Shown here: positions 1 to 12,493 of the stretch, one piece after another | Numbering within the stretch: position 1 is the stretch's first letter | How the letters are laid out: the number at the start of each line of letters is the position of its first letter | Source of the DNA: Chrysemys picta bellii | Taxonomy: Eukaryota | DNA: 64,000 nt | Reading direction: 5' to 3' | Assembly (NCBI RefSeq): GCF_011386835.1 | Contig: NC_088795.1 | Span: forward strand, 25,854,001 to 25,918,000 | Translations under genes and position numbers: made by a program | Notes under the pieces: generated by a model | What the model saw: only the letters and a program-made list of their open reading frames with translations | Database searches by the model: none | Told to the model about the DNA's origin: nothing

Positions 1-2124
1 TTGTTCCAAGCAGTCTGGTTAGTTGGAAGAATTCAACTGTATCCATGTGACCTAAGTTACGTTGGCTGCTATGGCAAAAATATTTCCTGCACAATATTAT
101 TTACATATTTCAATATTACACACAGCTAATTTACTCCTATGTGCAAGAGTGAACCTGATGCCATATCATCTTCAGATGGCCATGTCTGATGTCTCAGATG
201 TTTGGGAATCTGACATTCTCTGACACAGTTAAAAACTTCAACAGTCCCATTCCACCAGTGACGTGCATCATTCACAGGCTTAGTTTTATTAAACCATCCT
301 TCAGTTAGACTTAAAAAAAATAAAATCAAATAAAAAAACTACATTCGCACACATAGCATATGGAATGCACATGAGCTAACAAAAACCCTGATGCAACCTA
401 AGGCTCTGATCCTGCAGTGCTGTTCTGCACTGGTTGACCCCTGTGCCGGAGTGAATCCTCACTGAAGCGAATGAGGCTCAAAGATCTACCTTGTGCAGAC
501 CAGCCTGTAGGACTGGGATGTAAGTGTCATCACTGCAGGAGTTTCAAAAACACAACAGAATCTGGCTTATAGTTAAGTAAACTAAATAACTTTACCTGAG
601 TTCAAAGCTGCACCAAGTTCTCAGTCCAGTTAAAGCAGGACACTGGTTAACTTCACTACTTCTAGAATATGCCAACTTCCCTGTTCTCTTTAGGAAGTCA
701 CACAGGGGTTTGTCTTTTGAGGGGGGAGGGAAATACCTGGAAGCCTGACGTTTTACCTGCTAACATACAATATTCTCTGGAAGTATTTAATATAAATGCC
801 TACATGGTAGCTCATTTAGAAAAGCAAAGCATTTGTGCAGTTTAGATCCTAGATGAACGACTTGGCAAAGTGCTGTGGATCAAAGAGAGACACGGAGGGG
901 ACATTATCCTGGGTCATGAACAGGAGCCGGGATGGCCTAAGAGCAGTTTTATTTTTTTAAGCTGATGCAGTTCAGGGCACACAGTAGCAGAGGGCCTCAG
1001 ACTGACTCCTCCTATCATCAGGCACTCTATTTGCATGTCTGAGTCTCCTCCTCTCTTCCAACCCTGAGACTCTGCCTACATTTCAAGATGGCAGGGGAAG
1101 GGCCTGAACTCAAGAGGAGAAAGAGAAACTTGTACAGGGACTCAGTGATGGGCTGGCCTATGGCTGTGTGCCAAGAGGCCAGCAGAATCCCCCAGGCCCC
1201 TCTTCTCCTTGGTAGGCCCCCTCTTACAACCTGCTGGGGACAGAGAGAACCAAATCCTGTTACAAGGGCAGAAGTTGCTGTTGTTTTCAGGTCATCCTCC
1301 CTGGCCTGGTGAGGGACAGGGGAAAAGATTTCCTGGGCCAGTTGGGGAAAGTAAGAATCTACAGAATGACTAGGGTGAGCGAGAAAAGCGTGTATGGAGT
1401 GAAGATGAGATTCAATTAACAGGTGACTGGAGAACCAACAGAGAAAATGGATTCCAGAACCCAACAGGTAGTGGCCCCAATTAGTTCCACTATTTAGTTC
1501 CCCATTTAGTTCCAGCATCCAGAGAGTTTGAATGGAAAGAAGCATTTCTTACCATTATAAATCATGAATGGTAACTGGCTGGGGGGAGTGGGTAGGGGAC
1601 CGAGGGGAGGAACTGTAATTAAGATGGGAATGGCTGAGATGCCTACTGGTGTCAAAGCCAGACACAGTTGTCCTGTTTGCTTAATGATCTCTGTGCTGTT
1701 CGAACACATAGCATATGGAATGCCCATAAAAATGATTGAAAAAAGCAGAGCGTACCAGGACAGTAGGAATGAACATCCCTAATAAATTGCTTGTAGTACT
1801 ATTTGGCAGTGAAGTAGTGAACAGCTGTGACATTTAAGTGGTGAAGATTTGTTTTCGAATAAAACAATAAACTAAAAAGGTCTCTTGATGCTGTTTTAGG
1901 ATGCATGGGTACAGAATCCGCAAGGCTTACACGAGAGCGTTCTTTCCAATCTGAAAAACCAGCCAACTTTATATTTATTTTGTGAATGGCAGCTTCGATT
2001 CTGGACAAACAGAAATGACTTTGGAACTCTAAACATCATAGACTTGAATTTCAGTCTTTAAAATAAGTTGAGGCAATGCTCCACTGAAACGAATATTAGG
2101 AGTGCAAATATGTTAAAATGTTAC

Positions 2125-2344
2125 CCTCAGTTTTCTTTGGGTCATGGCTGTTTCCAACGCTATCTCTCTCAGAGGGTCTCTAGTGATGTCCAGCATTGAT
2201 GTCCTACTCAGGTCTCCTGGGTAGAGACTTAGTCGAGACTGCCTAAGAGCCATTCTAGCCTGCAGCTGTATCATTTCCTCTTCTTGACGCTTTAACATTA
2301 TTTCTTGGCTTATCAGGTTGCCTTCAGGTGCTGCTTCATACTGC
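2125..2344 (-). CDS. PTPN13: PTPN13 coding exon (coiled-coil before FERM), QYEAAPEGNLISQEIMLKRQEEEMIQLQARMALRQSRLSLYPGDLSRTSMLDITRDPLREIALETAMTQRKLR
   Basis: caactaagtag|G CAG TAT...CTG AGG|gtaaca; 220 nt, phase 2-0; DITRDPLREIALETAMTQRKLR identical to recalled human PTPN13. Confidence 0.96.
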
Positions 2345-3584
2345 CTACTTAGTTGGAGGGGAGGAAAAAGATACAGTTATGATTAAAATACAGTTAGGCA
2401 CTAAGACACCATGGTGATGGGTACAGAGTAAGAACCTAGATGAGACAAAGCAGGAAATCTGTAGTGTAGTGTAATTATTTTTTGTGACATTTATTTATTC
2501 AGCCACTGAGGAGTTAAGGCAGAGTATTCCTGGACTGAAACAGCCTACAGCAATATATTAATATAGAAAATACCAGGAATACTCCAAGTTTCCACCACTG
2601 TTTGTCATTTATTGTATGGGAATAAATGTGCAATTGCAGTCTCTCTACCAAAAACACAATGCCGCCAAAAAAACAACGAATCTATAGCTGGAAAAAAAAC
2701 CTAACAGTGTTCTGAAAAAGATCAGACCTCTCTTTCCAGCAAGAGGAATGGATAAGTATGTTTTAAAATCTGGCATTTAAAAGTATCCGGAATGCATAAA
2801 CTAGACAGCATTTAATAGTCTTACATAATACTTCCAACTATATTTCTGTAGCAAGTCTCTATTAATTACTTAGATGGGACTGTAAGACGAAACATCTTTA
2901 CCCGAATCAGATACAGTTCAAAACATTCGGCATTCAGATTCCTGTAAAACGTCGTGTTTTAACATTGCTCACTCTGCTGGAAAGGGAGATCTTGTCTTTT
3001 AAAATCCGATAAGTCAATCTTGCCCTTTTGTTGGCTTTTGGTAATGTCTATATAACAAAGAGTCTGGGGGGGAAAAAAAGACATTTCTCCTAAGTGGTAT
3101 TTGTGAAAGCTTCAATGCCTCCCACGCATTTGAGGGCAGAGAAAGCTCTGAATCAAGTACTCTGGCCATCCAAGGAGCCTGCCAGGAAAAAGAGGAAAGA
3201 ACTACTTTTCTTAAGTCAAAAAACAAAAACAAACCCCAAACCACCCAAAACACAAAAAACAAAACAAGAACAAAGTCATCACAAGAAGGAAAAATATACT
3301 TTTTTGGGCAAAAGCTATTTTCAAGACTTCTTTATACATCAAAAAAGGGCACAAATATACTTGATTTCTTCTCTTTTGCAGGCTGCTTACTCAGAAGGAA
3401 TCAAATGTGTGTGGTATATATACTTGGGACCCACAGCCAGGACATTTCCATTGGTGAAAAGCACCCCACCTGCTCCCTCGGCTGGGAAGGGAAAGTCCTA
3501 TAGCAGATAAAAAGTCTGTTGGGACTGGTCCCTGTGTGGGTCCAAATGAATGGGGCAGGGCACACCGGGGCATTTCCCTCCAAA

Positions 3585-3858
3585 GGTATGTCTACACTGA
3601 AAATTAAGGTGTAATTGTAGTGCAGGTAGGCAAATCTAGCTAGCACAGGTAACAATAGTAGTGAAGATATAATGGCAAAGGCTTCAGCACTGATTGGCTG
3701 CCCCAGTACAAGCCAGGGACCCTGTGTATATACTTGGGTTGCTAGCCTATGCCGCTGCGTCTTCTCTGCTATCTCACTCATGCTAGCTAGATTAAAGCTA
3801 GCACCGGTTTAACTACCCAGACTACAATTACACCTTACATCTGCGCTGTAGACATACC
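3585..3858. mobile_element. Harbinger-type hairpin MITE
   Basis: TIR ggtatgtctaca / tgtagacatacc; nested internal inverted segments (taaggtgtaattgtagt / actacaattacacctta; ctagctagca / tgctagctag); TSD not preserved. Confidence 0.75.
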
Positions 3859-4574
3859 CGGTCCCCAAGAGAGCTCCCTGAGGCACATTGCCTCCTGATG
3901 CTCTTGCTGGGGCACCAACCAATCTCTTGGATGTCATAATTTCACTCATTCTCCAGTCCCACAAGCAGTTCCTAGCCAAAACAGGGAAGCCAAGTCCTGA
4001 CGTTCCTGATGTTAAACACATATGAAGGGGGTGGGTGGGGGGGGAGGGCAAAAAAACACCCCCCAAAAATACCCACACTCACTCTCTCCTCTTCAGGCCA
4101 TCTTTATAGATCATAAAGCAAATAAAAAGCATGCTCACAACATCTTTTTTTTTTAATCTTTGAGAATCATCTTTAAATTTGAAGGGATGGAGGAGGTCAG
4201 AGAGCTTTGTATACTTCTAAAAGAAACTCTTGTTAGCTTTACATGTATGTCAATTGTGACCAAATACTAGGGTGATGGGTATCATAGAAATAAATCATCT
4301 TAACAGTTACATACCACAACGAATTATGAATTCAGTTAATTACACCTTTGTGAAACTGTAGTTAAGGTTTTCCATTATTATTTATTACTATCAAGGGTAA
4401 ACACATGTCATAAAAATACAGTCTTTCACACTAAAATCTGATTTACAGCCTTCTAAGGCAAGAAAAGAATATTGTTGTACATATTTAGACTTAAAAATTA
4501 ATTGTTAGATCTAAAAAGAAGATGTATTTAGAACAGATAAAACCAGCTAAGCAGATGGTGCATGTTATGGAAAA

Positions 4575-4622
4575 GTGTGTGTGTGTGTATATATGTATCT
4601 GTGTGAACACACACACACACAC
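4575..4622. repeat. Adjacent (GT)n and (AC)n microsatellites
   Basis: gtgtgtgtgtgtgt...acacacacacacacac, self-complementary. Confidence 0.85.
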
Positions 4623-7208
4623 ATTTCCATAACAGTGATTCTCATGAATACAATGCTAAGAATAGGGCAACTATGTCTACATAAAATCAGAATATTCTGT
4701 CAAATCTGCTTCACTCTGGACATTAAATGGCATAGAAAATTTTCACAACAGGAGGGATTTAAACAATCAAAAGCAAATTCAGTCATTTTTGAGTTGCAAG
4801 CATGCTAACAAATTGCTTAAGATACTAGTGTGTTTCTTTAATGGAGGCTTGGGTGAAAAATAGAGTATTTATAGAAAAAGCTATTTACTTCATCACCTAA
4901 TCTGCAGCTTCTATTATATTGTTTCCCCTCTCACATCTCCACGCTTTGCTCCATCCTACAGCAGACCTAAGAGAATGTTCATGCAGGGTCAAATAATGAG
5001 ATAAGGCCTCAGTCCCACAAAGAGTTACACACATGCTTATCTTTACATACAGAGTAGTCCCCTGCTGTGAAACTATTAAAGTAGTTCCCCATTCCTGCTG
5101 TGGAACTATTCACAGTGGACAAAGTTAAGTATGTATATAAGCCTGGGTGGGATCAAGGTTAAAGGTTGGGCTTTGGCTGAGATAAGCCACATTTTGAACA
5201 CAAGTATCTCTGAGAGTTAGCAAGTGGGATATGAAAATATGAGATAAGTTTCAACAGGCTATATCAGGAATTGTTTGCCCCTCAAATTGAAAAATGACTT
5301 TTTAATAATATATCTATACTATGGTGACTAATTTTATTATTTGGAAAAAATATATACCTATATATTCATTTATTTTTGAGGTACAGCCTGTGTATAATAC
5401 ACTTAAGCAGATCCACCACATTTTTATTAAGGGTTTGTTTGCTTTTTACATTTAAAGCTTGGAGGTATATTGGGCAAATGGAACACCTGCACAGATGCAG
5501 CTGACTTAACTGTTAAGGTAAATGAACTACAAATAGGGGACCCTTGCTTTGCAATGATTTACATAGGGAGCTAGCATGATTCAGCAGATAGGTCACCAGA
5601 CTGGCATTTCCCTTCCATTAAATGGAGAGGATTCCTGCTGCTGACCAACTTTTGTAAAGATCTTCGAGATGTACAGCTCTTTGCAAGGGCCAGATATTAT
5701 GATTGTGCCAAAAATCTTATTACTAGACCGGCCCATGTGAACAGCACACTTTTGATAGGCTGAAGATTCTGAACAACTTTACCAATCTTCTGACACAATC
5801 TATATATTTCTATTATCCCAAGTTTTGCACCTATTACAAACCTGCTCTTTTATAATGGTTGTTGCAAGTATAATTAAGCAGGCTGCCCCTAAGTGTATGC
5901 TACAAGAGCAGTGAATTTTATGAACAAGATACAGAGATTTGTGTTTGTATGGAGATTATCTCTGAATAGTGTCAATCAAAACAAAGAAATGTGCCATCAA
6001 ATGCTAAAGGGATCACTATACCATAACTACTCATATACACTTCACAGTACCCTGAACTCACAGAACAAAAAAAGAACTAACAATTACATGCTAGATTCCA
6101 GCCAACTGGACATTTTTCGTGGATGGATGAATAGGGCAGGGTTGATTTACAACCGCAAGTAGGGAACAGCATCTTGAAAAAATTAAAACCTGGCAGTCTG
6201 CTCTCCTTAGAGGTGTGTGTGTGCAGTGGGCCGGGTGTTGCGGCATTGAAATACTTCAGTAGCTGTAAATTTCCATAATATGAGAAAGTGAATCTGAACT
6301 CTGCGAAGTATTTTTGTAAAAATGGCACCTTCTTACTTCACAGATCTGCTCTCTGAGCTGTACTGTACGTGCTCTCTTCAATGTCAATAGGAAATTATGG
6401 CTACTTTTTACACTTGAAAGCACTGCAAAGTCCATACATCTATTGGAGAGTGAACTTTTTTCTATTCTGCCTCATACAATCAATAGTAATGTTAACTAAG
6501 CTTCTACTGCAGGATCAAATTCTGATCTGGGTTTTATCTGCGCAGCTCCACTGTTTTCAGTGGGGCTTCTAAGTTATAATTGAGAGCACAGTATGGTTTC
6601 AAAATCATTATACTTTAAGAATCCAGTTTGACTTTCAGACCTCAGATGCATTTGCTGGGCTGGCATTTAGAAAAGCCATGTCTGAACTTGGGAAGAGAGC
6701 AAGATTATGGAAATCATTAAAAACAATAAACATGCTACCCAACATTGCCCTTTTTGAGTACTTTTTCAGAGAAACTAGCACTTTAAGCAAAAGTGGAACG
6801 ATGGCCCCAAACAAACTCTGGATCCAAATATCACTGAATCTAAGATCAGAACAGCTCTGAACTTTCCAGCTCAACTCATCTCTACGCAAAACAAATGATT
6901 TGCATTTTCAAAGCAATATTTTCCTCTCTAGATTTCATATAATACAAATTACTACCATTAAATTTACTAATCTTAAAAGAGATAGATAAAGGAAAGCAAG
7001 ACAATAAAGTGAACTAAGAGAAAGCATGTTCTCACTGCCTTAAAGAAGGACCTTTCACTGGTCAAGTTGGCAGCACTTCAACAGTCTGAGTCACTTTCAT
7101 ATCACACATTCCTTACCATATCCGAAATGCCTTGTAAATAAAGCAAAAGATCTCACCCTCTCTCACTGCCTACCTACTACTGCTGCTTTATCCTGCAGTT
7201 CAGTCATA

Positions 7209-7505
7209 GGCCTTGGCTACACTTACCGGCAAGTTCGACGGCTGGAAATCGAACTTCTGGGTTCGACTTATCGCGTCTAGTCTGGACGCGATAAGTCGAA
7301 CCCGGAAGTGCTCGCCGTCGACTGCGGTACTCCAGCTCGCCGAGAGGAGTACCGCGGAGTCGACGGGGGAGCCTGCCTGCCGAGTGTGGACCAAGGTAAG
7401 TTTCAACTAATTCGAAATAAGGTACTTCGAACTTCAGCTACGTTATTCACGTAGCTGAAGTTGCGTACCTTAGTTCGAATTAGGGGGGGTAGTGTAGACC
7501 AAGCC
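7209..7505. mobile_element. Young Harbinger-type MITE with three internal hairpins
   Basis: Ends ggccttggctacac / gtgtagaccaagcc; ATA on both flanks; CpG-dense. Confidence 0.82.
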
Positions 7506-8447
7506 ATAATGTCCAATCTGTGACTTCACCATCATTTCAATGATAATTCTCACAGGACTTAGCAGCAGCAGAAGTAGTCAAATAGAGGAAAATGATGGTA
7601 AAGGAAATGTAGAAAATTATAAGATTACTCTTTGTGTAGAAAATAGTTTCCTTTTTCCCATTTACTCTGGTAGGAAAGTCTCTTTTGATTTGGAGTTAGG
7701 ATAAGAAAAGACACCATAGAAACATACAACACTATTTTCCAATGGGACTCCACGAAACAGGAATCTGTAGCAGACTACTATAAAACTTGCTTTAAAAGCT
7801 CATGAACTGGTCAAAAATCTCCTACATCAAGAAGAACCAGATCCCTAATACATTCTACACACCTACTGTTTGTGTACATGTCTATACATTACATACACGG
7901 GCATGCACTGTGTGTGCAAGTATATATAGTCATGCAACACAATATGTGTCTACTCAATTTCTGCAGAGTGTCTCCTACACACTAATACACACACAAATAA
8001 ACAAAACATTTTGTACAGAATAATTTCACACAAAATACACATGTAAAAATGTGATAGCTGTCAAATGAAGCATTGAAAAGTTTGGAAATGTCAAAATTAA
8101 GATTGCTCATGCAACTTTAATTCTGCTCCTTTGGGCATATGTGTGAAGACACAATTTTTAATTACATGAGCACCTATTTGTCCATAGGAGCACTGCCTCA
8201 TTCATGGCACTGAGTTTGTGGTGCACAATGCACGAAGAACGTATTCAACTTTTATTTTCATCTCACTGTTCAATGTGTGGCTCTCTGCTTTGGTCACTCC
8301 ACACCATCCTAGACATGAGGGATTCTCTGGTCCTTCTAAGGAGCCCTTCTACAGTCACTGAAATGGCTCCCATTTCCAGATGTACTTTCCCTTTCTGCAT
8401 GGGATGAGGCAGGACTGCTTTGCAAACTGTACCTTAACACGTATGTG

Positions 8448-8624
8448 CAGGAGCGCGGCCAGCTTTTCTGCCGCCCTAGGTAGCGGAAGGTCCCGCCCTG
8501 AAATACCGCCCCCCACACAGGTGGCGGAAGGTCCCGCCGCCGAAATACCGCCGTGGTCGCCGCCCCCAAAATTGTAGCGCCCTAGGCGACTGCCTAGGTC
8601 ACCTAATGGGTTGCACCGGCCCTG
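8448..8624. mobile_element. hAT-type MITE
   Basis: Perfect 8-bp TSD cgtatgtg (8440-8447, 8625-8632); ends cagg... / ccggccctg. Confidence 0.85.
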
Positions 8625-9014
8625 CGTATGTGTTCACAGACATCTTACAGAATGAGGCAGGGATCCTGCCACCAATATACCCCAAACAGTTGAGGCCAAG
8701 AGTTGTTAAAATGGTATTTTCCCACTCTCTTACTATACAAAAATATCTGAACCACTTTTGGTTATACTTTCCAGAGTCATTTGTCATCTGGCAGAGAGGA
8801 GACATGAGAAATTTAAGCCTGAAAGGTGAAAGTTTGTGAAAGCTTTAAGCAAGTGAAAAAAATGGCACTTTAGAATGGAAACTCTTATATAACCTTTAAT
8901 ATATAGCAGATGTTGCAACATACTCTAGCTAGAAGATACATGAAGTAGGACCTGCTTTTTCAATTATACCAGTAACATGCCATTTTAATGAGAAAGCTGA
9001 CAGGAAAAATAGTT

Positions 9015-10310
9015 GTATATCGTGTTGTTGTAGCCATGTCGGTCCTTGGATATTACAGAGACAAGGTAGGTGAGGTAATATCTTTTACTGGACCAAGTTC
9101 TGTAAAACCCTCTCTGAGCGCACACCCCTAGTTGTCACTTACTATCCCACATTGGAACCCATAGGGAGTATAATCAAACAACTACAACCCACATTTGATG
9201 AGGACCCATCCTGAAAGAAATCTTTCCTGAGCCCTCTCTTCTGGCCTTCAAACAACGCATCAACTGTTTCAAGCTCATCGTCAGAAGCAACCACTCCTCT
9301 GACCAGGACACATTAACTCAAAGTGACACCAGACCCTACCTGAAAAACAGATGCAAAACCTGCAGACATATCTCCACAGCTACAATGATCAACACTCCTC
9401 ACAACATGCCTTTCAAGATGTCTGTCACAACATATGGGGTACCTCATCCAGTGCACGAAATGCCCGAACAACAACTATGTGGGTGCAACCAGTCACTATG
9501 CTCTCGAATAAACTCACACAGGAAAATGATAAAAGACAAAAATGCCCTATCACCTGTGGGTGAACACTTTTCACAGAGAGATCACTCTATGGCCATGTCG
9601 ACATTTCACTTTCGGCATTAAAATTTTCATCGCTCAGGGGTGTGGAAAAGACACCTCCCCAAATGACAAAAGTTGTAACAACGAAAAGTGCCGGTGTGGA
9701 CAGAGCTTCGGCGGTGGGAGACACTCTCACAGCGATGAAGCTGCTGCCCCTTCTTGGGGGTGGTTTTATTTTGTCGCCGGGAAAGCTCTCTCCCAGTGAC
9801 AAAGAGTGTCTACACTGCACACCTTACTACGGTGCGCCTGCAGTGGCACTGCCACACTGTTGTAAAGTGCGCGGTGTAGGCATAGCTTATAGCTGACTTA
9901 TCAGTCCTTATCTTCAAAGGAAACCTGCACAACACTTTCACAAGATGAGCCTGGGAGCTTAAATTCATAACTTTGCTCAACTCTAAAAATCATGGACTGA
10001 ATAGACACTGGATTTATGTCTTATTACAACAATCTATTACCTAAAAACAGCCCCCCTCAAAAACTCCTTTCCCCTCCCCGCCTTTCCTCCCTATGACTGA
10101 AGAGGTGTTAAGAGGCCTCTTCGCCTTGAATGGTCTTTGGAAATACATGTTAACTACTTATGCTAAACAATCTGTTCCAGCTTGTGTTTAGCTGTGACTC
10201 TCTGAGTGCCTTTCCCAGACCTGAAGGAGAGCTCTGTGTAGCTCAGAAGCTTGTTTCTCTCACCAACAGAAGTTGGTCCAATAAAAATAGTACCTCATCC
10301 ACCTTGTCTT
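9015..10310 (+). mobile_element. Degenerate PLE of a second family (GIY-YIG end + 3' UTR) with short inverted arm at left
   Basis: Frameshifted RTPLVVTY...RCKTCRH...YVG...RINSHRK...PVGEHFSQ remnants; 9061-9103 is the reverse complement of about 10266-10308; degenerate hammerhead at 10221-10259; interrupted by a MITE. Confidence 0.82.
9591..9887. mobile_element. Harbinger-type MITE nested in the PLE
   Basis: Ends ggccatgtcgacat / gtgtaggcatagct; 3-bp TAT duplication (9588-9590, 9888-9890); PLE sequence resumes seamlessly across it. Confidence 0.75.
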
Positions 10311-10899
10311 AGGAAGAAACAGTGTCCACTCTACAGTATGATACATTCTGGTGACTGTACACCATGGATAAAATGGCCCTACCAGTCAGTTTAAAATTAT
10401 GTTTGGTGTTACCTGTAGAGACAATGAACAATAGCTTATAGTCATCTGTCTGCTGTCTGCAGTAACTATCCTGCCGCATGGCTCTTTGACTCATTCAGCA
10501 GTCACATTAGAATAAGGGTATGATCCAAAAATGAACAATTTTGCTACAGTCCTTCAGTGTGTCGACATTTTCAATAACGCTTTTAGCCGAAGATATTACC
10601 TGAGCCTCTGATAATTAAGACAATAATTTAGGGCCCAACCCAACTTCCAGTAATCAGACTCTTACTTGCCATGATTACATTTCTTCCTGGATGTGTCATG
10701 AGACTTCTATTGGAAGCAATACCCACTGCTGAAATGCTGCCACCTCTAGAGCAGAATAGGGCACATGATTTACTACTACTTGCAACACCAAACGGAAGTT
10801 TAAGACAGATAGTGAAATAAATGATTTGATTGCAACTAAAGAATAATTACTGTGAGAAAGAGCCAGAACTGTAAAATATGATGATTTCACGCAGTTTAC

Positions 10900-10999
10900 C
10901 TTGACCTTAGAGGATGAACTTGACTTGATGGAGAGATATCATCAGCTCCTGGTAAAGCAGCACCGGAGTCATCTCTCTTTAAACCCTCATTTCTTCTCA
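10900..10999 (-). CDS. PTPN13: PTPN13 coding exon, (V)RRNEGLKRDDSGAALPGADDISPSSQVHPLRS(R)
   Basis: tttttatgtgcaag|TG AGA AGA AAT...TCA AG|gtaaac; 100 nt, phase 1-2; bridges the neighbouring exons in frame; diverged but alignable with recalled human VRRSEASKRFESSSGLPGVDE. Donor could alternatively be 6 nt upstream. Confidence 0.85.
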
Positions 11000-11568
11000 C
11001 TTGCACATAAAAAGGAAACACAGATAAATTAATACCTGAATGGGCAGAAACCATGTAAAAGAATCCTATCTAAAATTCAAGGATTTATCAGACACATGAG
11101 ATTACTTAGAAAGGATCAGTTTCATATGCACTTCACAAAGGCATTACAGTATTAGAGAAACTGGCATTAGGAAGTCAATTTCAGTTTTCAAAGAGATCCT
11201 ATTGTTTTCCCTCTGATGAGAGCTGCTGCATAATCCTTTGAAGAAACAGGTTTGCAAGGGGTTTAAAATACAGAATTGTTAATATACTTCTCTAACTTCA
11301 AGTGTTTCATTGTCATCTGAATATGAAGAGGCAAAACTGATATGTAGAAAGTTATCATGTGCCTGGAATAGTTTCACAGCAGCTGGTAAAGATTATCTGA
11401 CTCAGAACAAGGGAGTTAAAAATCACTATCTTGTGGAGCTTCCACTTTTTATTTTTGCCTGGATTCTTCTCCCTCTCCATGGTTTATGAAATACTGGATT
11501 CTCCTTTTTGACAACAGAAGTCCTATTTATTAATGTGGTCTCCATGAGAGAGTCAATATTTACTTATA

Positions 11569-11741
11569 CACCTCTACCTCGATATAACGCTGTCCTCGGG
11601 AGCCAAAAAATCTTACTGCGTTATAGGTGAAACTGTGTTATATCGAACTCGGTTTGATCCGCCAGAGTGCGCAGCCCCGCCGCCCCAGAGCGCTGCTTTA
11701 CCACGTTATATCCGAATTCGTGTTATATCGGGGTAGAGGTG
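11569..11741. mobile_element. Tc1/mariner (pogo/Tigger-like) MITE
   Basis: TIR cacctctacctcgatataac / gttatatcggggtagaggtg; TA on both flanks. Confidence 0.85.
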
Positions 11742-12129
11742 TAGTAACATCAGAAATACTGCAGTTAGGGCACAATTCTGCAAGATGCAGAGACCTCTAC
11801 TTTTAACTCCCACTGTCTTCAACAAGAGGGGATGGCCCTCAGCACTTTGTGGGAAGTACTCGGCAGCTTGCAGAATATATTTCCTAAGTATATGAAAACA
11901 GCAGCAGCATTCTCAGATATGAGTCATTGATTACTGCTGTGCCATCTAAGGGGTTCCCAAACTTTATTGGTTTACATACCCCCTTCTTAAAAAACTGATG
12001 TTTAAAGTACCACATGCAAATTTCTCCTTTTTTTTGTGTCCATTTGTTTTAGGCCTTAATAGACTTAAGTACTTCCAGACTCTACAGTAAAATAAAGGCC
12101 CAAGAAATCCTAAAGTGTTTGATTATAAC

Positions 12130-12493
12130 TAGGGCTGGCCAGAAAATAAGAATTCCATTTTGTGAAAAATTCTGAGGTTTCCATATGTTTTTGTTCTGAT
12201 GTGGAGCAAAACCAAGACCTTTTGAAACAGAAAGAGAGACCACTCCAGAACAGCTAGTAGCTTGGTGCTTAGCACTTGTACCTGTGACATAGTAGACCCA
12301 GGTGAGTACCCTAACCACAGAGGCATTTCTCTGTATTTCTCTCTCTGCTTTTGACTAGAAATTCCATCCCAGGCCTGAGAAACCTTCCCTACAAAAAATT
12401 AATCAAAAGTAATACGTTTATGCTGAAAGTTTGTGTTGAATGAATCAGCATTTCCCAACAAAAAAGTTGCAAAAAAGTTCCCGACCAGCTCTA
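12130..12493. mobile_element. hAT-type MITE
   Basis: Perfect 8-bp TSD attataac (12122-12129, 12494-12501); TIR tagggctggccag / ccgaccagctcta. Confidence 0.85.

Noticed and set aside
1027-1545. 172-aa minus-strand ORF
   Set aside because: No recognisable similarity; does not resemble the next expected PTPN13 exon (NFFGPEF...), which I could not find in 1-2124 and presumably lies beyond the window.
2902-2941. 40-nt AG...GT pseudo-exon with nearby CpGs
   Set aside because: Frameshifting, short pyrimidine tract; expected by chance.
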